Below, piece after piece: positions 58,310 to 64,000 of a stretch of DNA of 64,000 nt. The notes beneath the pieces were generated by a model, which had not been told where the DNA came from, did no database searches, and saw nothing but the letters and a program-made list of their open reading frames with translations. Made by a program: the position numbers and the translations under genes. Source of the stretch: a bacterium (GTDB lineage Bacteria > Patescibacteriota > Minisyncoccia > Phycocordibacterales > UBA2100); assembly GCA_038128225.1 (NCBI GenBank), contig JAYPJF010000002.1, positions 103,451-167,450 on the forward strand, given 5' to 3'. How positions within the stretch are numbered: position 1 is the stretch's first letter; every line of letters starts with the position of its first letter.

Positions 58310-58625
58310 ACTACATGTTCCTGTGTAGGGCAGGGGACCTCCTGACCTAAGAGGCGCTTCACTGACTCGCCTGTGTGCGTTGATTGCGCTCTTCCTTAGA
58401 AGATCCCTCAGTGCGCCTAAGGTCGCAGCCGCCAAAGACAATCTGAAAAAGATTGCGCTAAATGAAAAATGTAGGCACTGTTTAGAGTCGCCACGGGGAG
58501 ACGAGATCGTCAAGGTACCTGGGGATAACTCCTGTACACCCTAACGTCGCACAATATATCTTTTGCGACATAATGCATGATCGACAAGGGCCTGGGTTTG
58601 AACCAGGCCCGGTAGGATTCGTGTC

Positions 58626-59099
58626 TTATCTGAGTCCGCAATGAAGCCGACAATAAATCTGAAAGACGGCCCGTGGACGCATAATAATTACATACACCTC
58701 CCCTAACTTTACTACCGCAATATTTAGGCTTGCTATTATCTCTTCCTGCAGCCCTTTTTGAAGTGCGTAGTCTGTGTCTCGTGCTGGTCGAATCTTGCAA
58801 CGAGCTGCTCGAATAAGGAGGTCGCTGCTTTCATTGAGCGATTCCTTAATCTTGTTGAGCGGTACATCAAGCGCCCAGCGCCGATGCAAAGTGAGCGCAA
58901 GCATGATTGTCGGCGCACGTTTTTCGCACTCTATGTCATACAGGTCCCCATCATCGGGGTCATTAGGTGCTTCGGGGCTTGGTAGCGTGACAGAGAGCAA
59001 AGCTTCTTCGTCGGCTGCCTGACTTTTCGCCGCGTATACTGAGGTTGGCCACAGACACAGACCGATTGCCAGCGCTGCTATAAGGCTTCTGTAGCGCAT
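58626..59099 (-). CDS. hypothetical secreted protein (signal peptide)
   Basis: MRYRSLIAALAIGLCLWPTSVYAAKS signal. The C-terminal end is uncertain and may be shorter. Confidence 0.4.
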   Translation of the reverse strand: MRYRSLIAALAIGLCLWPTSVYAAKSQAADEEALLSVTLPSPEAPNDPDDGDLYDIECEKRAPTIMLALTLHRRWALDVPLNKIKESLNESSDLLIRAARCKIRPARDTDYALQKGLQEEIIASLNIAVVKLGEVYVIIMRPRAVFQIYCRLHCGLR

Positions 59100-59208
59100 T
59101 GAATACTCCTTTCTGAAGGACGTCCGCCAATTCCCTTTCTTCTTTCAAAACTAAAGCACAGATGTGTGAAAGTGCAAGTTTTGCTGTACACAGGTTGAGT
59201 AATGACTG

Positions 59209-60471
59209 TTACAAATAATCAAGAGGGTTTAAGTAGCCATTAAGCGGCGAAACCGGTATCGCCGCTTGTGCGCAGTTCGTTTTTGCACGGATGTCACCAA
59301 GTTTTCTAACCTGCACTGCATTTGATGCGTACACTGTGAAATGGAGGTGCGGTCCTGTTGAGTAGCCAGTGTTCCCACTGTAGCCAATGATGTCTCCAGT
59401 GGCTATCTCGATGCCCTTAGAGGCCGCAATTTCTGAAAGGTGTGCGTACAGTGTCGACAAGCCGTTTGCGTGTTTGATAAGGACCCATTTTCCGTATGAG
59501 TAGCACCCCGCATACTGATCAGTGTTGCCAGTCCCCTCAACGACCCCTGTAAGCGCCGCTTTAATCGGGGTGCCGATAGAGGCCCGGAAATCAACCCCGT
59601 TGTGTCCTTGCCCACTGTACGCGCCAGAGCGCGCGAATGATGTGTCGCCAAACTCCTGTGTAATTTTCACCGAGTCTAGAGGCCATCGAAGAATCCCTTT
59701 CCCTACAGGGGGGATTCGCGCAGGGTCAAGGGTATATGACAACTGGGACTCTAGTTCTCTAAGCGACTGTTCAAATTCCGCCTTTGCTGCACGCTTCTCT
59801 TCAAGTGTACGTTGGTAGTTCGACTCTTTTTGCTTTGTGGTTGAAAGCAGTGTGTCTTTTTCTCGCTGTGTAATCTGAAGCGCATGTTCTTGTGCTGCTA
59901 GGTCCTTTTTTTGGGATTCAAGAAGGATCTTCTTCTGCTCGGTGGTACGTTTTGATTCCTCAAGTCCTTTTTTAGCTTCCGAAACTGTATCGAGGTGTTC
60001 GTGAAGTGATGCTTCAAACTGCTCTAATGATTCAAGATCATCCCACGCAGCTGAAAGAGATGCTTCACCAAGCAACACCTCAAGAAGCGTGCGTTGATCA
60101 AGTGTATCCGCGGCACGAAGCGCCCCCGCAAGTGCGGCTTCACCGCGATCGAGTGCAAGTTCATGGTCTTCGATCGTTTCGCCTAGCCCCTCCAACTCCA
60201 ATGAAGTGGCGCCTATTTTATTTTGTGTCGCCTTTACGTTTGCACTTACTTTTTTTCGAGAGATATCAATTTCTTTTACTGCGCTTTCCAATGTACGTTT
60301 TTCTGCGCCAACGACAGTGAGATCTTTCTCATATTGTGCGATTTCCGCCTCTAGTTTTTTAATTTGCGCTTCATGATCGCCAATTTTCGATTCAATTTCA
60401 GTCGTATTTTGCGCGAACACCAGCACGGGCACTATAAAAGCGACACTCAAAAACGCCCAAACGCGTATCAT
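59209..60471 (-). CDS. M23-family peptidoglycan DD-metalloendopeptidase with N-terminal coiled-coil domain (EnvC-like architecture)
   Basis: Signal/TM, about 250 aa of coiled coil, then M23 motifs (HNGVDFRASIGTPIKAA, YGKWVLIKHANGLSTLYAHLS, GNTGYSTGPHLHFTVY). Confidence 0.8.
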   Translation of the reverse strand: MIRVWAFLSVAFIVPVLVFAQNTTEIESKIGDHEAQIKKLEAEIAQYEKDLTVVGAEKRTLESAVKEIDISRKKVSANVKATQNKIGATSLELEGLGETIEDHELALDRGEAALAGALRAADTLDQRTLLEVLLGEASLSAAWDDLESLEQFEASLHEHLDTVSEAKKGLEESKRTTEQKKILLESQKKDLAAQEHALQITQREKDTLLSTTKQKESNYQRTLEEKRAAKAEFEQSLRELESQLSYTLDPARIPPVGKGILRWPLDSVKITQEFGDTSFARSGAYSGQGHNGVDFRASIGTPIKAALTGVVEGTGNTDQYAGCYSYGKWVLIKHANGLSTLYAHLSEIAASKGIEIATGDIIGYSGNTGYSTGPHLHFTVYASNAVQVRKLGDIRAKTNCAQAAIPVSPLNGYLNPLDYL

Positions 60472-61784
60472 GACTCTAGTATACCAATAGCCCCGCGGAC
60501 GCGCGCAAGTGTCTTTTCTTTGCCAAGAACATACGCGACCGTAAAGGGATCGGGAGACTTCTCTTGCCCCGTAAGTGCGTAGCGCATCGGCCAGAGAACA
60601 TTTCCGCGTCCGTTATTTTCTGCATATGACCACAGAGCATCTTTAATCTCTTCTGGAGAGTTGAATGCTATTTTTTCGAGACACGGAATAAGTTCGGAAA
60701 GATGTTTTCGCGCCTCACCAACCGACTGTTTACCTGGGAGCCGTGCAGGGTCAAGCACAATAGCATCTGTTACAAATTGTAGTTCATGTGCGGCGATCAT
60801 GTGTTTGACATCGTCGAGTACGACAATGCGGTCGCGAATCGCACGCACCAAACGCTGCTTCTCGCCTTCTGTCGCAGAGATGTCGACAAGTTGCTCCAAA
60901 ATAAGTGTCGTGACTTCTTCAAGAGTAAGCGCGTTGAGATACATGCGGTTGAACCAACGAAGCTTATCTTCATTGAACACCGCCCCACCTTTTTGGATCG
61001 CTTCGATGTTAAACGCAGCGACAAGTTCTTCGCGAGAGAATATCTCTTGCTCGGTGCCTGGATTCCAACCCAAGAGTGCTATGAAGTTTACAAACGCATC
61101 AGGAAGATATCCGCGCGCCCGAAAGTCCCTGACTGATGTCGCATGCTTTCGCTTTGAGAGCTTCGTTCGATCAGGAGCTAAGATAAGCGGCAAATGTGCG
61201 TAGATGGGGCGCTCAAACCCGAGAGCTTCTTGGATAAGGATTTGTCTGGGAGTATTTGACACGTGGTCTTCCCCGCGAATTACATGGGTAATCTGTTCAT
61301 CGGCATCGTCGACCACAACCGCGAAATGAAACAAGGGATCGTCCATGGTGCGTGCGATAACAAAATCACCAAGGTCGGTTGTGTCAACAGCGACTTCACC
61401 ACGAATCAGGTCCCTGAACGTGACTAAGCCGCCGCGATTGCGCAAACGCACGACCGCAACAATCTTAGTCGGGTCCTCTTTCGACGGTTCCCTTGAGATG
61501 TAGGCACGATCGCTCGCAACAAGAGACTCCAGCAGTGCTGTGTGTCGCTTTTGGTTCTGGCTCTGGACGTACACTTCATCAGGAACGAGTTTGAGCCACT
61601 CAAGCTGAGTTTGTATGTCGCTTTGAAAGTCGGCCTTGCTACGCTCTTTATCAGTGTCTTCAATCCGGAGTACAAATACACCCTGTTGTTGGCGTGCATA
61701 CAACCAGTTAAAAAGCGCCGTGCGCGCGGTGCCAAGATGGAAAAACCCCGTAGGACTTGGCGCGATTCTTGTACGAATTTGCAT
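60468..61784 (-). CDS. gltX: glutamyl-tRNA synthetase
   Basis: APSPTGFFHLGTARTALFNWLYAR (HIGH-class motif); KLSKR motif (DRTKLSKRKH). Confidence 0.9.
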   Translation of the reverse strand: MQIRTRIAPSPTGFFHLGTARTALFNWLYARQQQGVFVLRIEDTDKERSKADFQSDIQTQLEWLKLVPDEVYVQSQNQKRHTALLESLVASDRAYISREPSKEDPTKIVAVVRLRNRGGLVTFRDLIRGEVAVDTTDLGDFVIARTMDDPLFHFAVVVDDADEQITHVIRGEDHVSNTPRQILIQEALGFERPIYAHLPLILAPDRTKLSKRKHATSVRDFRARGYLPDAFVNFIALLGWNPGTEQEIFSREELVAAFNIEAIQKGGAVFNEDKLRWFNRMYLNALTLEEVTTLILEQLVDISATEGEKQRLVRAIRDRIVVLDDVKHMIAAHELQFVTDAIVLDPARLPGKQSVGEARKHLSELIPCLEKIAFNSPEEIKDALWSYAENNGRGNVLWPMRYALTGQEKSPDPFTVAYVLGKEKTLARVRGAIGILES

Positions 61785-61786
61785 AC

Positions 61787-62926
61787 CTATGCAGTGTGTT
61801 CCAACGCCACATCGAGTAAGATGCGTGCGATTTTTTTTGCCGCATCGGGTTGAGCGAATTTTTGAGCAGCTCCGCCCATGCGCACCAGCTCTTCATGGTT
61901 TTCAAGCAACCGGTCTATTTCAGCAGAAAGAATATGCGGCGTGAGGTTTTTTTGTTCAATGACGACCGCGGCGCCTGCGCGCGCATATGAATAGGCGTTG
62001 CGCACCTGATCATGCGAGACATCTTCGGGGATGGGGATAACAATCGAGGGCATCCCCCAGGCTGCAATTTCAAACAACGTTCCCGAACCGGCGCGTGAGA
62101 CGACTAGTGAAGCAATCCCTGCACTCATCCGCAGTGCAAGAGCATTAAGGAGACCGAAACAGCGATACCTATTATCGTACCGTGCCTCTTCGGTGATAAG
62201 GCGTGCCATGCCCGCAACCTCATCATAATTCGCTTTACCTGTCTGGTGGACAACGTTGTATTTTTTGATAAGGAGTGGCAGCGCATCAATGATTGCATTA
62301 TTGATCACCTGTGCTCCTTGCGAGCCACCAAGAACGAGGATAGTGGGTACAGAGCGGTCAAGTTTTAAAAACTCGTGCCCCCCTTCTTTAATAGGGTGTT
62401 CTAGCTCATGCCGAATCGGGTGCCCCACTCGCGCAATGCGCTCACGCACTGTTCGCGGAAAGTTTTCTGCCGCGTCAGGATGCGCGACACCAATTGCTTG
62501 CGCAAATTTCGATGACCATAATGACACCCGCCCCGGTTGCGCGTCGGCATCATATACGATAACTGGGATATTGAGTATACGCGCCGCTGCGAGCGTGGGA
62601 AACGCAGCATACCCTCCAGTCGAAAAAATGACATCCGGATACAGGTTAAACAATTGGATCAATGACCGCACGGTGCCCCATGCAACTCTAAAAAAATCAA
62701 AGATATTGAGCACGGAACGATACCGACGCACTTTCCCCACAGGCGCTGCAATATGCTCGATGTTCTGCTCGACAAGCGCTTCGCGATCAAACGGAACAGG
62801 GCCAAGGTACAAAAGTTGCGGGGTGAGCAATTTCCGCTCCTCGGCAAGTGCATGAATCTGTTCGGCGACAGCAATAAGCGGATAGAAATGCCCTCCCGTA
62901 CCTCCCCCAGTCAAAGCTATTTTCAT
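61787..62926 (-). CDS. murG: UDP-N-acetylglucosamine--N-acetylmuramyl-(pentapeptide) pyrophosphoryl-undecaprenol GlcNAc transferase MurG
   Basis: MKIALTGGGTGGHFYPLIAVAEQ N-terminus; GT28 C-terminal domain (GGSQGAQVIN). Confidence 0.85.
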   Translation of the reverse strand: MKIALTGGGTGGHFYPLIAVAEQIHALAEERKLLTPQLLYLGPVPFDREALVEQNIEHIAAPVGKVRRYRSVLNIFDFFRVAWGTVRSLIQLFNLYPDVIFSTGGYAAFPTLAAARILNIPVIVYDADAQPGRVSLWSSKFAQAIGVAHPDAAENFPRTVRERIARVGHPIRHELEHPIKEGGHEFLKLDRSVPTILVLGGSQGAQVINNAIIDALPLLIKKYNVVHQTGKANYDEVAGMARLITEEARYDNRYRCFGLLNALALRMSAGIASLVVSRAGSGTLFEIAAWGMPSIVIPIPEDVSHDQVRNAYSYARAGAAVVIEQKNLTPHILSAEIDRLLENHEELVRMGGAAQKFAQPDAAKKIARILLDVALEHTA

Positions 62927-62957
62927 AGATACGAATATCCTATCATTCTTAAAACAC

Positions 62958-64000
62958 CTAGGTAACTCGCGCAGAGCGCGAAACGTTAAGCAGAATGCCA
63001 ACGCTTCCAAGTGCAACAAGGAGCGCTGTGCCGCCTTGGCTTACAAATACTAAAGGGATGCCTGTAAGCGGAATAACGCCGAGCATGGCTGCAATGTTAA
63101 AGAACGACTGTCCGACAATATATGCAACGATTCCAACGGCAAGTAGTGCCCCAAACAAATCAGGTGCTCGCATTGCAATTACAAGACCCCGAATTCCGAG
63201 CGCAAGAAACAGGCCAAGTAACGTAAGCGAACCAATCAAGCCAAACTCTTCAGCCGCAACCGCAAAAATTGAATCGTTGATCGGCTCAGGAAGGAGTTCA
63301 AACTTTTGCACACTCTGGCCAAACCCCCTGCCCCACAAACCGCCGGATCCAATCGCAATGAGTGACTGTTTAATCTGGTACCCACTTCCCTGCGGGTCGT
63401 GCTCGGGATTCAGAAATGTGTGCACGCGATCAAATACATATGGCCGGAAAAACGCCAGTGCTGCTAAGAGTACGCAGCCTACCGCAATGAGTGCCGCCGT
63501 GCTTTTCCAATGGGCACCCGCCGCAACATACATAGCAATTGCCGCAATAACGATGACGCCGTACGTTCCAGTATCCGGCTGCAAAAGAAGCAATATGCCC
63601 GGCAAGCCAACAATAATAAGAAACCCAAAAAAACCCCGAACCCAGTCCCCGACCTCTTTTTTGATTCGCGAGAAATACCACGCAAGCATAAGCACGGTAC
63701 CGATTTTGAGCGCTTCAGACGGCTGAAAAGAGACCCCAAAAATTGACACCCAACGATGTGCGCCACCTGCCTCGATGCCAATACCTGGCACAAAAACAAG
63801 CGCAGTGGCAAAAAGAGCAAGACCATAGAGATATGGCGCATACGTGCGCCACGCTCGATACGAGATCCGAGAAGCGAGGAAAAGTGCGACCGCCCCGAGG
63901 CCAAATCCAAGTCCAATATGTCCTGTAATAACTGAAACAACTTCGTCGGCGTCCCGAGCCAAAATGCCAAGTGCAGCGGAGGAAAAAATCAAAAACCCGC
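62958..64000 (-). CDS. ftsW: SEDS-family peptidoglycan glycosyltransferase FtsW/RodA; 5' end runs off the window
   Basis: About 10 TM helices. The ORF is still open at the window edge (the reported Met is a TTG with no upstream stop). Directly upstream of murG. Confidence 0.75.
   Translation of the reverse strand, partial: GFLIFSSAALGILARDADEVVSVITGHIGLGFGLGAVALFLASRISYRAWRTYAPYLYGLALFATALVFVPGIGIEAGGAHRWVSIFGVSFQPSEALKIGTVLMLAWYFSRIKKEVGDWVRGFFGFLIIVGLPGILLLLQPDTGTYGVIVIAAIAMYVAAGAHWKSTAALIAVGCVLLAALAFFRPYVFDRVHTFLNPEHDPQGSGYQIKQSLIAIGSGGLWGRGFGQSVQKFELLPEPINDSIFAVAAEEFGLIGSLTLLGLFLALGIRGLVIAMRAPDLFGALLAVGIVAYIVGQSFFNIAAMLGVIPLTGIPLVFVSQGGTALLVALGSVGILLNVSRSARVT

Noticed and set aside
58560-58625. 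Possible tRNA or tmRNA (T-arm-like GGGCCTGG-TTCAAAC-CCAGGCCC hairpin on the minus strand)
   Set aside because: Could not build an acceptor stem, D-arm or anticodon arm around it. No GGGG...tag-ORF...CCA organisation of tmRNA. Kept only as an unclassified structured region.

Overview
This 64-kb window looks like a small-genome bacterium, possibly of the Patescibacteria/CPR type. The pointers are a DUF5671 membrane protein, short ATP synthase delta and epsilon subunits, and about 50% GC in housekeeping genes; the phylum assignment is an inference only. It is densely coded with housekeeping genes. These are a short uvrC and ddl; a first division/cell-wall block (mraZ-rsmH-ftsL-ftsI-murF); the complete F-type ATP synthase operon (atpBEFHAGDC) with one extra gene inserted; an RND efflux pair; and ychF, leuS, cysS, corA, ctpA, rplI and rpmA. 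A second division/cell-wall block on the minus strand (ftsW-murG-gltX-M23 peptidase) is cut off at the window end. There are two tRNAs, tRNA-Ala(CGC) and tRNA-Glu(CTC).

Three things stand out.

(1) At 20.3-27.5 kb there is a locus of four paralogous secreted proteins. Each carries a very clear SipW-cognate-class N-terminal signal (GATGAFFNDTETSTGNTFAAGDIDL) and camelysin-like conserved blocks, as in TasA/CalY. They are followed directly by a SipW-type (S26B) signal peptidase. That peptidase is fused to a substrate-like segment, a lamin-tail domain and an acidic Pro-rich tail. Together this reads as a TasA/SipW-like extracellular fibre or matrix system.

(2) leuS carries an in-frame insertion of about 160 aa that encodes a complete Nudix hydrolase domain with a perfect Nudix box. 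It sits just after the post-editing AVPAHDERD motif.

(3) A higher-GC island of about 4.3 kb lies immediately 3' of tRNA-Glu. It has a 31-bp direct repeat of the tRNA 3' end and encodes a DndB/DUF262-like (DGxQR) ParB-nuclease-domain protein plus unknowns. A second single-gene high-GC insertion sits 5' of tRNA-Ala.

Lesser curiosities are a purC fused to a degenerate PurE-like domain, an MraZ operator-like triple TGGGA repeat, conserved intergenic hairpins inside the TasA-like locus, and a 320-bp non-coding region with strong secondary structure.

No CRISPR array, rRNA, transposase or integrase was detected. All functional calls come from reading motifs and from family knowledge, not from database searches.
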